Part shown: positions 39,844-48,033 of the stretch, piece by piece
Layout of the letters: every line of letters starts with the position of its first letter
Numbering within the stretch: position 1 is the first letter of the stretch
Made by a program: the position numbers and the translations under genes
The notes under the pieces: generated by a model
The model's input: only the letters and a program-made list of their open reading frames with translations
What the model was told of the DNA's origin: nothing
Database searches by the model: none
Origin: Thermoleophilaceae bacterium
GTDB taxonomy: Bacteria; Actinomycetota; Thermoleophilia; Solirubrobacterales; Thermoleophilaceae
Direction: 5' to 3'
NCBI GenBank assembly: GCA_051001995.1
Contig: JBPCMT010000021.1
Location: forward strand, 1-48,033
DNA length: 48,033 bases

Positions 39844-41148
39844 TTACTCCTGCTCGGCCACCGGCACCTGGTCGATCGGCTCCGGCGCACCGTCGGGACC
39901 GAACTCGAAGATGTCGTAGACGCCCGCGGTGGCGTCCCCGGCCTCGTCCTGCTCGATCGGGCCGGACGCACCCTCGTAGTTGATGTCCTCGCCGTTCTGC
40001 AGCGCCTCGATCGCCTCCGGGAGCTGCTCGGGGGTGTACTTCGTCCCGCCGGCGGCGCTGATCGCCTGGATCTGCTCCGCGATCGCAGCGCCGTCCGTGC
40101 TGCCGGCCGCGACCGCGCCCAGGTAGCAAAGGACCACGGCGTCGAAGTTCTGGGCGTCGAACGTCATGCGATCGACGTCCTTCGGCTCCGCCGCCTTGTA
40201 GGCCTTGTCGAACGCAGCCGACGCCTCGCCCTGATCGGGCGCGCCGGGGGCGGTGCCCCGAAGGCCGACCACGGCCTCCTCGCCCGCGCTCTTGACGAGA
40301 TCGCCCGAGATCAGGCCGTCGGTGACGAACGTGGTCTCCGGGTCGAAGTTGGCCCGCGCCAGCGCGGGGCCGACCTTGTTGTAGGTCTCCGGGAAGTCGA
40401 TGATCACCGTAGCGTCCGGGTTGCCCGACGTGATCTGCCCAGCCTCCGTGTCGTAGCTCGGCAGCTTGGTGTCGTAGATGACCTCCTCGCCGATCGTGCC
40501 CCCGAGCTCCTCCCAGCCGGCGCCGAAGGTGTCGGCGAGCCCCTGGCCGTAGGCGTCGTTGCGTGCGCCGACGTTGACGGTCTTGCCGTCCGCCCCGCCC
40601 AGCTCGTCGTCGAGGAACTGCGCCAGCGTCGGGCCCTGGAACGAGTCCGGCGGGGAGGTCCGGCTGACGACGCCGTCGTCCTCGAGGCCGGTGATCTCGT
40701 CGCTCGTGGAAGCCGGCGAGATCAGCGGGACCTGCTCGGGGATCGCGACCGACTCGGCGGTCGGAATCGTGTCCGCGGACGCCCACGCGCCCGCGATGCA
40801 GCTCGCGCCGTCGGAGTCGACCAACTTGCGCGCGGCCTGCACCGCCGCCTGCTGGTCGGCGCCGCCGCCGTTGTCCTCATGGACGACCTCGACGGTGTGG
40901 TCGACCCCCACTTCGTCGATCGCGGACTGGATCTCCTGGATCGCGAGGTCGGCGGCCTTCTGGCCGGGCGGGCCGAAATCGGCCAGGTCGCCGCTCAGCG
41001 GGATCGAGTCGCCGACCACGAGATCGAGCTGCGCCTCCCCGCCGGTCGGCTCCGATCCGCCGCTCTCCTCATCGTCGCCGCACGCGCTCACGCCGAATGC
41101 CATCGCGGCCAAGAGACAGCTAACAACCGCCCACCATCGTGCTCGCAA
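39844..41148 (-). CDS. Branched-chain amino-acid ABC transporter substrate-binding lipoprotein (LivJ/K-like, family 6)
   Basis: Peripla_BP_6-like sequence. TTG at 41146..41148 has an AAGGAGG Shine-Dalgarno 8 nt upstream. It gives the signal peptide LRARWWAVVSCLLAAMAFGVSAC with a lipobox. Confidence 0.85.
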   Translation of the reverse strand: MRARWWAVVSCLLAAMAFGVSACGDDEESGGSEPTGGEAQLDLVVGDSIPLSGDLADFGPPGQKAADLAIQEIQSAIDEVGVDHTVEVVHEDNGGGADQQAAVQAARKLVDSDGASCIAGAWASADTIPTAESVAIPEQVPLISPASTSDEITGLEDDGVVSRTSPPDSFQGPTLAQFLDDELGGADGKTVNVGARNDAYGQGLADTFGAGWEELGGTIGEEVIYDTKLPSYDTEAGQITSGNPDATVIIDFPETYNKVGPALARANFDPETTFVTDGLISGDLVKSAGEEAVVGLRGTAPGAPDQGEASAAFDKAYKAAEPKDVDRMTFDAQNFDAVVLCYLGAVAAGSTDGAAIAEQIQAISAAGGTKYTPEQLPEAIEALQNGEDINYEGASGPIEQDEAGDATAGVYDIFEFGPDGAPEPIDQVPVAEQE

Positions 41149-41260
41149 GAAAATCCCCTCCTTGAACAAGTTCTAGATCTGGCGCGCATCCTAGTGAGTT
41201 ATCCACCCGCCGTGCAAGCGCTGGGTATTTTCCCCCGATGCGGAGCGTCCCCCTGCACTG

Positions 41261-42289
41261 ATGCGAATCGGCCTCCTAACCGGTGGCGGCGACTGCCCCG
41301 GCCTCAACGCGGTCATCCGCGCGATCGTCCGCAAGGGGATCGACCGCTACGGGCACACCATCGTGGGCTTTCGCGACGGCTGGCGCGGCCCGCTCGAGAA
41401 CGCCTACCAGGAGCTGACGATCGAGTCGACCCGCGGGATCCTGCCGCGCGGCGGCACGATCCTCGGATCGTCGCGCACCAACCCCCTGAAGGAGGCCGAC
41501 GGCGCGGCGCGGATCGCGGAGAACATGCGCACGCTGCACCTCGACGGGCTGATCGCGATCGGCGGCGAGGACACGCTCGGCGTGGCCTCGCGCCTCTTCG
41601 AGAGCGGGCTGCCGGTGATGGGCGTCCCGAAGACGATCGACAACGACATCGGCGCGACTGACCTGACCTTCGGGTTCGACACCGCGGTGCAGGTGGCGAC
41701 CGACGCGATCGACCGGCTGCACACGACCGCCGAGAGCCACCACCGGATCCTCGTGGTGGAGGTCATGGGCCGTCACGCCGGCTGGATCGCCCTCCACGCC
41801 GGCCTCGCGGGAGGCGCGGACGTGATCCTGATCCCGGAGCGCCCGTTCGACATCGACGAGGTGTGCCGGCTCCTGCGCCGTCGCCATTCGCGCGGCCGCT
41901 ACTTCTCGATCGTGGTCGTGGCCGAAGGGGCGGTCTCGCAAGACGGCGGGGTGGAGGGCCGCGACGGCGACACCGACGAGTTCGGCCACGTCCGGCTCGG
42001 CGGCGTCGGCCAGCGCCTCGAGCGCGAGATCGAGGACCGCACGGGCTTCGAGACCCGCACGACCGTCCTCGGCCACATCCAGCGCGGCGGCACCCCGACG
42101 GCCTTCGACCGGGTGCTGGCGACCCGGCTCGGGATAGCGGCGGTCGACGCCGCCACCGATCGCCGCTGGGGGATGATGCCCGCCCTGCGCTCGATGCGCA
42201 TCGAGCTCGCGCCGCTGGCGGACGCCGTCGCCCAGCTTCGGACCGTCCCGGTCGAGGACTACGAGGTGGCCGCGGCCTTCTTCGGGTAG
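41261..42289 (+). CDS. pfkA: 6-phosphofructokinase, actinobacterial type (phosphoryl donor uncertain)
   Basis: MRIGLLTGGGDCPGLNA, IGGEDT, GVPKTIDND, MGRHAGW and GHIQRGG motifs. Confidence 0.9.
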   Translation: MRIGLLTGGGDCPGLNAVIRAIVRKGIDRYGHTIVGFRDGWRGPLENAYQELTIESTRGILPRGGTILGSSRTNPLKEADGAARIAENMRTLHLDGLIAIGGEDTLGVASRLFESGLPVMGVPKTIDNDIGATDLTFGFDTAVQVATDAIDRLHTTAESHHRILVVEVMGRHAGWIALHAGLAGGADVILIPERPFDIDEVCRLLRRRHSRGRYFSIVVVAEGAVSQDGGVEGRDGDTDEFGHVRLGGVGQRLEREIEDRTGFETRTTVLGHIQRGGTPTAFDRVLATRLGIAAVDAATDRRWGMMPALRSMRIELAPLADAVAQLRTVPVEDYEVAAAFFG

Positions 42290-42337
42290 CCGGCCGGGCC
42301 CGGCGGGGCGCGGCCGCCGCGGGTGGTCGGCCGGAAG

Positions 42338-42505
42338 CTACTCGCGGCCGAGCTGCTCGCGCACGAACGGGGCGAGCAGGCGCGTCGTGAACGCGACGAG
42401 GAGGAGCGCGATCACCACGAGGAAGCCATCGATGGCCTTGATCCCGAACGCCCAGCCCACGATCCAGAGGGCGAGCCCGGCGGTCAGGGCGACGAGCAGC
42501 GCCAC
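42338..42505 (-). CDS. Small (55 aa) two-TM membrane protein, not in the supplied ORF track (<60 aa)
   Basis: VALLVALTAGLALWIVGWAFGIKAIDGFLVVIALLLVAFTTRLLAPFVREQLGRE. 54 of 55 codons end in G or C. The GTG start immediately follows an in-frame TAG and lies about 9-11 nt downstream of AAGGAGGTG. Confidence 0.55.
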   Translation of the reverse strand: MALLVALTAGLALWIVGWAFGIKAIDGFLVVIALLLVAFTTRLLAPFVREQLGRE

Positions 42506-42606
42506 CTAGCGAACCACCTCCTTGGCGGTGCGGATCGCATGCTGCACGGTGACCACGGGCGGACCCTACCGAAGAGCCCGTGGCCGGCACGGGGCGAGCG
42601 CGTGCC

Positions 42607-43464
42607 TCACGCGAGCGCGCGCGCGAGCGAGGCAACGACGTCGCGCACCGCCTCCGCTCCGCCCTCCTCGGCGGCACGGACGATGCGGCTCCCCACGATC
42701 ACGCCGTCGGCGAGGTCGGCCACGCGCCGGGCCTGCTCGCCGGTCGAGATCCCGAAGCCGACCGCCACCGGGACAGTCGTGGCGGCCCGGACGCGCTCCA
42801 CGGTCCCGGGAAGGTCAGCCGGCAGCTCGCCGCGCTCGCCCGTGGTGCCGGCGAGCGAGACCGCGTACACGAAGCCGCGCGCCTCGGCGCCGATGTCGCG
42901 CAGCCGCTCGTCGGTGCTGCTCGGCGCCGCGAGCGGCACCAGCGCCAGCCCAGGCGCGCGGCAGGCCGCGCGCAGCTCGCCGGCCTCCTCGTGGGGAAGG
43001 TCGGGGACGATCATCCCGGCGGCCCCGGCATCGGCGGCCCGGCGGCAGAACGCGTCGGCTCCGCCCGCGAGCACGGCGTTCACGTAGACCATCAGCACGA
43101 CCGGAAGGCGCGGCGCCACCGCTTCGCAGACGCGCAGCACGCCGTCGACGGTCGCGCCGGCGGCGAGCGCACGGGTGCCCGCCGCGTGGATCGCCGGGCC
43201 ATCCGCGAGCGGGTCCGAGAACGGCACGCCGAGCTCGATCAGGTCGGCGCCCGCCTCGGCGCAGGCCTCGGCCGCGCGCGCCGAGCCCGGCTCGTCCGGG
43301 AAGCCGCCCATCAGGTACGGCATCAGCGCGGCGCGGCGGGAGTGGCCTGCGAACGCCGCCGCGATCCGCTGCTCCCCCACCGCCGGAGCCGCGTCGCCGG
43401 TGGGCGCGCTCCCCGCGCCGTTGGTCGACCCCCCGGCCGCCGCCGCGCCGGCGAGCTCAGTCAA
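42607..43464 (-). CDS. trpA: Tryptophan synthase alpha chain
   Basis: [20 protein letters not shown]. The start is either TTG 43464, overlapping the trpB stop, or GTG 43380. Confidence 0.9.
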   Translation of the reverse strand: MTELAGAAAAGGSTNGAGSAPTGDAAPAVGEQRIAAAFAGHSRRAALMPYLMGGFPDEPGSARAAEACAEAGADLIELGVPFSDPLADGPAIHAAGTRALAAGATVDGVLRVCEAVAPRLPVVLMVYVNAVLAGGADAFCRRAADAGAAGMIVPDLPHEEAGELRAACRAPGLALVPLAAPSSTDERLRDIGAEARGFVYAVSLAGTTGERGELPADLPGTVERVRAATTVPVAVGFGISTGEQARRVADLADGVIVGSRIVRAAEEGGAEAVRDVVASLARALA

Positions 43465-44672
43465 GCCGGGCCACCGCCGGGGCGCTCGAGCGCCTCGGCG
43501 AGGTCCTTGTCGCCGCGGCCGGACAGCGTCACGAGGTCGAGCCCGTCCGGCGGCCCGGGATGCAGCAGCAGCCAGGCGATCGCGTGCGCGGGCTCGAGCG
43601 CCGGGACGATGCCCTCGAGCTCCGCCATGCGCCGGAAGGCCGCGAGCGCATCCTCATCCTCGACCGCGTCGTAGCGCACCCGGCCCGCGTCGCGCAGGTA
43701 GGCGTGCTCGGGGCCGGCACCGGGGTAGTCGAGGCCGGCGGAGACCGAGTGCGCCTCGAGAATCTGCCCGTCGTCGTCCTGGAGGACCGCGGCCAGCGCT
43801 CCGTGGAGCACGCCGCTTGCGCCGGTGGCGAGCGGCGCGCCGTGGCGACCCGACTCGAGCCCCTCGCCCCCGGCCTCGACTCCGACCAGCTCGACCGCAT
43901 CGTCGCCGAGGAAGGCGGTGAAGGTGCCGATCGCGTTGGAGCCGCCGCCCACGCACGCGAGCACGCGATCGGGCAGCCGGCCACGGGAGGCGAGCAGCTG
44001 GGCGCGCGCCTCGTCGCCGATCACGCGCTGGAGGTCGCGCACGAGCGCCGGGTACGGAGCCGGCCCGACACTCGACCCGATCAGGTAGTGGGTGTGGTCG
44101 AAGCTGGCGACCCAATCGCGGATCGCCTCGCTGACCGCCTCCTTGAGCGTGCGCGCCCCCGCCTCGACGGCCGCCACGTCCGCGCCGAGCAGCCGCATCC
44201 GCTCGACGTTCGGCCGCTGGCGGCGCATGTCCTCGGTGCCCATGTAGACGACGCACTCGAGCCCGAGCAGCGCGCACGCGGTCGCCGCCGCCACGCCGTG
44301 CTGGCCGGCGCCCGTTTCGGCCACCACCCTGCGCTTTCCCATCCGCCGGGCGAGCAGCGCCTGACCGAGCGCGTTGTTGATCTTGTGGGCGCCCGTGTGG
44401 AGCAGGTCCTCGCGCTTCAGCCACACCTCACGACCGACGGCCGCGGACAGGCGCGACGCGCGGTAGATCGGCGTCGGGCGGCCGGCGTAGCCGGCGAGCA
44501 GCGCGTCGAGCTCGGCGCGATAGCCGGCATCCGAGCGGGCGGACGCCCACTCGCGCTCGAGCTCGTCGAGCGCCGGTATCAGCGTCTCCGGCACGTAGCG
44601 GCCGCCGTAGCGGCCGAAGCGGCGCGCGGCCCCGGCCGCGGGCGACGCGGCGCTCGCGGCTCGCTCGGTCAC
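43461..44672 (-). CDS. trpB: Tryptophan synthase beta chain
   Basis: [31 protein letters not shown] at 44670..44672 overlaps the trpF stop (GTGA). The upstream part of ORF 43461..45086 is off-gene junk. Confidence 0.93.
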   Translation of the reverse strand: MTERAASAASPAAGAARRFGRYGGRYVPETLIPALDELEREWASARSDAGYRAELDALLAGYAGRPTPIYRASRLSAAVGREVWLKREDLLHTGAHKINNALGQALLARRMGKRRVVAETGAGQHGVAAATACALLGLECVVYMGTEDMRRQRPNVERMRLLGADVAAVEAGARTLKEAVSEAIRDWVASFDHTHYLIGSSVGPAPYPALVRDLQRVIGDEARAQLLASRGRLPDRVLACVGGGSNAIGTFTAFLGDDAVELVGVEAGGEGLESGRHGAPLATGASGVLHGALAAVLQDDDGQILEAHSVSAGLDYPGAGPEHAYLRDAGRVRYDAVEDEDALAAFRRMAELEGIVPALEPAHAIAWLLLHPGPPDGLDLVTLSGRGDKDLAEALERPGGGPA

Positions 44673-45382
44673 GACCGCGCCTCGGCGGGCTCGACCGCCT
44701 CCGCGGCTTGCGGCTCCCCCTCGCCCTCCGCGGGCGGGACATCCGGCGCCGCCGCCGCGTCGGCCGCCGCTACCGCCCGGAAGAAGGCCTGGAGCTTGCG
44801 CGGGTCCTTGCGCCCCGGCGCCGCCTCGGTGCCGCTGGCGGTGTCGACGGCGAACGGGCGCGTGGCCTGGATCCCGGCGGCGACGTTGTCCGCGGTCAGG
44901 CCGCCCGATAGGACGAGCGGCGTCGCGCCCGGGCGCGACGCGGCCAGCTCCCAGGCGAAGGTCTCGCCCGTCCCCCCGCGCCGGCCGGCGGCATGCGCGT
45001 CGAGGAGGTGGTAGTCGACCCGGAACGGCTCGAGGGCGCGGATGGCTGCCGCGTCCCTGACCCGCGCCGCCTTCATCACTCTGCATCCGGTTCGGCGGGC
45101 GACCTCGCGGCAGTAGGCGGGGCCCTCGTCGCCGTGGAGCTGGACCATCCCGAGCGAGCAGCGGTCCGCCGCCAGCGCGACCTCGTCCAGCGGCGCGTTG
45201 ACGAACACTCCGGTGACGAGCGTCCGGCGGCGAAGCGCGGCGCCGATCGCCTCGGCCGTCCCGAGCTCGCAGGAGCGCGGGCTCTCGCGAACGAAGATCA
45301 GCCCGATCGCCCAGGCGCCGAGGTCGACGGCGTGGTGGGCGTCCTCGAGCGTCGTGAGACCGCAGATCTTGACGTTGGTCAC
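44669..45382 (-). CDS. trpF: N-(5'-phosphoribosyl)anthranilate isomerase with a low-complexity Ala/Glu/Pro tail
   Basis: VKICGLT, VQLHGDE, LLD.....GGTG..F.W and LSGGL motifs. GTG start. Confidence 0.85.
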   Translation of the reverse strand: MTNVKICGLTTLEDAHHAVDLGAWAIGLIFVRESPRSCELGTAEAIGAALRRRTLVTGVFVNAPLDEVALAADRCSLGMVQLHGDEGPAYCREVARRTGCRVMKAARVRDAAAIRALEPFRVDYHLLDAHAAGRRGGTGETFAWELAASRPGATPLVLSGGLTADNVAAGIQATRPFAVDTASGTEAAPGRKDPRKLQAFFRAVAAADAAAAPDVPPAEGEGEPQAAEAVEPAEARS

Positions 45383-45439
45383 GCGGTCAATGGTCTCAGA
45401 CCACGCGCGCCCGGGGACCGGGCCCTCGGCGAGCGCGAG

Positions 45440-46663
45440 CTACGGAAGCGGGAAGGGAAGCCCGCCGCCGCCGCCGCCGCCGGAGGCGGGGCCGACGCGC
45501 GTCGGACGCTCCCCGAGCTCGACGTCCACCGTCTCTGTCTCGCCGCCGCGGACGAATTCGATCTCGACGGTGTCGCCGGGCTGGTTGTCCTCGATCGCCG
45601 CGGCGACGTCAGCCGACTCGGTGATCTCGGCCCCGTCGACGGTGACGATGATGTCGCCGCCGGCCACCAGCCCCTGGGCCGTCTCGGTGTTCCCGGCCTT
45701 CAGGCCGGCCTTGTCGGCGGGGCCGTCCGGCACGACGTCCTGCACCAGCGCGCCCTGGTCGGTCTCGAGGTTGAGGTCCTCGGCGATCGTCGCGGTCACG
45801 TCGGTCGTGGTCACCCCGAGGAACGCGCGCTCTACCTCGCCGCCCTCCTTGAGCTGCGGGATGATCTCCTTGGCGGTGTCGATCGGCACCGCGAAGCCGA
45901 TGCCCACCGAGCCGCTGGTCCCCCCGGTCGCGATCTGCGAGTTGATCCCGATCACACGACCGCGGGCGTCGAGCAGCGGACCGCCGGAGCTGCCGGGGTT
46001 GATCGAGGCGTCGGTTTGGATCACCTCGTCGATCGAGAAGCCGTTCGGCGCCGTGATCTCACGCTGGATCGCCGAGACGATGCCGGTGGTGACGGTGCTC
46101 TCGAAGCCGAACGGGCTGCCGATCGCGACCACCGGGTCGCCGACGTCCGCGGAGGCCGACTCGCCGAGCGGGACGGGCCGAAGCTCGACCTCGTCCGGGT
46201 CCACCTTGAGCACCGCAAGGTCGCTCGAGAGGTCGGTGCCGACGATCTCGGCCGGCACCTGCTCGTCGTCGCCGAAGGTGATCGTCACCTCGTCGGCACG
46301 GTCCACCACGTGGGCGTTCGTGAGCACGTAGCCCTCGCCGTCGAGGACGAAGCCGGTGCCGGACGCGGTTCCGCCACGCTCGGGCGGAAGCCCGAACGGG
46401 GACTCGCCCGCGGTGCCCTGGGCCTCGACGAACACGACGCCGGGGTTCGCGCGGTCGTAGATCTCGTTGACGGTCAGACCCTCGCCTCCCCCACCCTCAT
46501 CGGACGCGGGCTCGGTGAGCGGCTGCGGCGCGAGCGCGGTGTCCTGGCTCTCGTCGCTCGTGTCGATCGCCCCGGTGGCGATCAGCACGAGCGCGACGAT
46601 CGCGACCAGGAGCCCACCGGCCAGGCCGGCGAGCACGTTGGAGGTGCGGCCGATGCGAGTCAC
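45440..46663 (-). CDS. HtrA/DegP-family trypsin-like serine protease with an N-terminal TM anchor and one PDZ domain
   Basis: Catalytic triad contexts TNAHVV, DLAVLKV and GSSGGPLL, plus a PDZ region (GALVQDVVPDGPADKAGLKAGN). The poly-Gly tail ends GGGGGGGLPFPLP. Confidence 0.88.
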   Translation of the reverse strand: MTRIGRTSNVLAGLAGGLLVAIVALVLIATGAIDTSDESQDTALAPQPLTEPASDEGGGGEGLTVNEIYDRANPGVVFVEAQGTAGESPFGLPPERGGTASGTGFVLDGEGYVLTNAHVVDRADEVTITFGDDEQVPAEIVGTDLSSDLAVLKVDPDEVELRPVPLGESASADVGDPVVAIGSPFGFESTVTTGIVSAIQREITAPNGFSIDEVIQTDASINPGSSGGPLLDARGRVIGINSQIATGGTSGSVGIGFAVPIDTAKEIIPQLKEGGEVERAFLGVTTTDVTATIAEDLNLETDQGALVQDVVPDGPADKAGLKAGNTETAQGLVAGGDIIVTVDGAEITESADVAAAIEDNQPGDTVEIEFVRGGETETVDVELGERPTRVGPASGGGGGGGLPFPLP

Positions 46664-46711
46664 GGAGACCGTTGTAGTTGCCCCACGTAAGAGCGGCCTA
46701 AACCGACGCGG

Positions 46712-47503
46712 TCAGCTGTCGAGCTGCTCGTCGCCGGCGAGCTCGCGCACCGCGACCTCCGGGTCGGACGCCTGCATGAGCGCCTCGCCGACCAGGACCG
46801 CATCCACGCCCACGGCCTCCAGCTCCTCGACGTCGGCGCGCGAGACGATGCCCGACTCGGAGACGACTGTTTTTCCGGCGGGCACGTCGGGCAGCAGCTC
46901 GAACGTGCGCCGGAGATCGACGCTGAAGTCGTCGAGGTCACGGTTGTTGACGCCGATCACGTCGACGTCGAGCTCGAGCGCCACCTCCAGATCGGCCCAC
47001 GAGTGGACCTCGACGACGACGTCGAGGTCCAGGTCGCGAGCCTCCGCATGGAGCGCGTCGAGCTCCGCGCGGCCGAGCGTCCGCGCGACCAGGAGCACCG
47101 CGTCGGCGCCGGCGGCCTTCGCCTCGTAGAGCTGATAGCGATCCAAGGTGAAGTCCTTGCGCAGGATCGGCAGCTCGACCGCCGCGCGCGCCTCCTCGAG
47201 GTCCGCCAGCGAACCGCCGAAGTGGCGCTCGTCGGTCAGGACCGAGAGCGCGACCGCCCCGCCGCGCTCGTACGCGCCGACGACCTCGCCGACGCCGGCG
47301 CCCTCGCGGATTGCGCCCGCCGACGGTGAGCGGCGCTTGTACTCGGCGACGAGCGACGTCCCGGGCCGCGAGAGCGCCTCGCGGAACGGGCGCGGCTCGG
47401 CCGCGACGGCGAGCCTCTCGAGCTCCTCGAACGGTCGCTCGCGCCGCGCCCGCTCCAGACGGTCGCGGGTCGCGTCGAGCAGGCGCTCGAGGCGAACGCT
47501 CAC
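46712..47503 (-). CDS. trpC: Indole-3-glycerol phosphate synthase
   Basis: VAEYKRRSPSAG, ALSVLTD..HF.GS, LRKDF, GVNNRDL and ESGI motifs. GTG at 47501..47503 overlaps the trpD stop (GTGA). Confidence 0.9.
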   Translation of the reverse strand: MSVRLERLLDATRDRLERARRERPFEELERLAVAAEPRPFREALSRPGTSLVAEYKRRSPSAGAIREGAGVGEVVGAYERGGAVALSVLTDERHFGGSLADLEEARAAVELPILRKDFTLDRYQLYEAKAAGADAVLLVARTLGRAELDALHAEARDLDLDVVVEVHSWADLEVALELDVDVIGVNNRDLDDFSVDLRRTFELLPDVPAGKTVVSESGIVSRADVEELEAVGVDAVLVGEALMQASDPEVAVRELAGDEQLDS

Positions 47504-48033
47504 CGCGGCGCCAGCTCCGTGGACCGCTCCACGAAGCCGGCGAGCGCGGCCGCGGCCGCGCCGGAGTCGATCGTCTGCTCGGCGCGGCGAACCCCGTCCG
47601 CCAGCGACCCCGAGCATCCGGCCACGTACAGCGCCGCGCCGGCGTTCACGACGGTGGTGGCGCGCTCCGGGCCGCGGCCGCCGTCCAGCACGGCGCGCGC
47701 GATCGCGGCGTTCTGCTCGGGCGTGCCCGGTCGGAGCCGGTCGAGCGGCACACGCTCCAGGCCGGCGTCCTCGGGCGTGAGGGTGAGCTCCCGCGTCCTA
47801 CCTTCCCTCAGCTCCACGGCGCGCGTCGCGCCGGAGGCGCTGATCTCGTCGAGCCCATCCTCGCTCGACACTACCAGCGCGCTGTTGCCTCCGAGCTCGC
47901 CGAGCACCAGGGCAATCGTGTCGAGATGGGCACGGTCGGACACGCCGATGAGCTGGCGCGTCGCGCCAGCAGGATTGGTGAGCGGCCCAAGAAAGTTGAA
48001 CACCGTTCGCACGCCGAGCGCCCTTCTGATCGG
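47500..48033 (-). CDS. trpD: Anthranilate phosphoribosyltransferase (C-terminal part; the 5' end lies beyond the window)
   Basis: RTVFNFLGPLTNPAG and NAGAALYVAG motifs. The reading frame stays open to the window edge. Confidence 0.85.
   Translation of the reverse strand, partial: PIRRALGVRTVFNFLGPLTNPAGATRQLIGVSDRAHLDTIALVLGELGGNSALVVSSEDGLDEISASGATRAVELREGRTRELTLTPEDAGLERVPLDRLRPGTPEQNAAIARAVLDGGRGPERATTVVNAGAALYVAGCSGSLADGVRRAEQTIDSGAAAAALAGFVERSTELAPR

Noticed and set aside
42522-45014. 830-aa ORF on the + strand (and the similar 42580..43674 and 43175..43921)
   Set aside because: It is antisense to trpA/trpB and the product is Arg/Pro/Ala-rich low complexity. Long open antisense frames are expected at this GC content, and the opposite strand encodes unmistakable TrpA/TrpB motifs.
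47998-48008. GAACACCGTTC, which resembles the uvrA LexA box
   Set aside because: The spacer is 3 nt rather than 4, and it lies inside trpD coding sequence (it encodes part of the conserved RTVFNF region). It is probably coincidental.

Overview
This is a very GC-rich window (about 70% or more by eye) that is densely coding and looks like core chromosome, not an accessory island. I saw no tRNA or rRNA genes, CRISPR arrays, transposases, integrases or phage genes. Gene order resembles Actinomycetota: polA...rpsA-coaE...uvrB...uvrA, and a DUF2520 gene followed by panC-panD. A canonical trpF is also present, which tentatively suggests a deep-branching lineage such as Thermoleophilia or Rubrobacteria.

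Gene content, left to right:
- mtnP, a DUF1844 gene, a GCS2/YbdK ligase, rex and a glutaredoxin-like gene
- the tsaE-tsaB-rimI-tsaD t6A cluster
- a family-4 uracil-DNA glycosylase and a repeat-containing lipoprotein
- DUF2520-panC-panD-panB
- uvrB, a DivIVA-domain gene, then uvrA, a DUF4328 gene and a hexapeptide acyltransferase
- a lytic transglycosylase, coaE and rpsA
- a geranylgeranyl-reductase-family flavoprotein, a DmpA peptidase, a DMT transporter and polA
- an orphan family-5 substrate-binding protein, an ACT-malic enzyme, an SDR, a methyltransferase and a DEAD-box helicase
- a polar amino-acid ABC system and a livHMGF plus livJ-like branched-chain amino-acid ABC system
- pfk
- trpD-trpC-htrA-trpF-trpB-trpA plus a small membrane ORF missing from the ORF track

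I found no clearly novel multi-gene system. The most interesting observations:
1. A perfect Cheo-type LexA box (CGAAC-N4-GTTCG) sits in front of uvrA. uvrA is physically coupled to two uncharacterised genes, which makes them candidate SOS-regulon members.
2. The family-4 UDG ends in a QLGLF sequence that matches the beta-clamp-binding motif.
3. An HtrA protease is embedded in the trp operon, followed by a 55-aa two-TM ORF.
4. The PFK carries the Asp104/Lys124 signature associated with PPi dependence.

Many long ORFs in the track are antisense or off-frame artefacts of the high GC content and were rejected. All family calls rest on motif recognition by eye; no searches were run.
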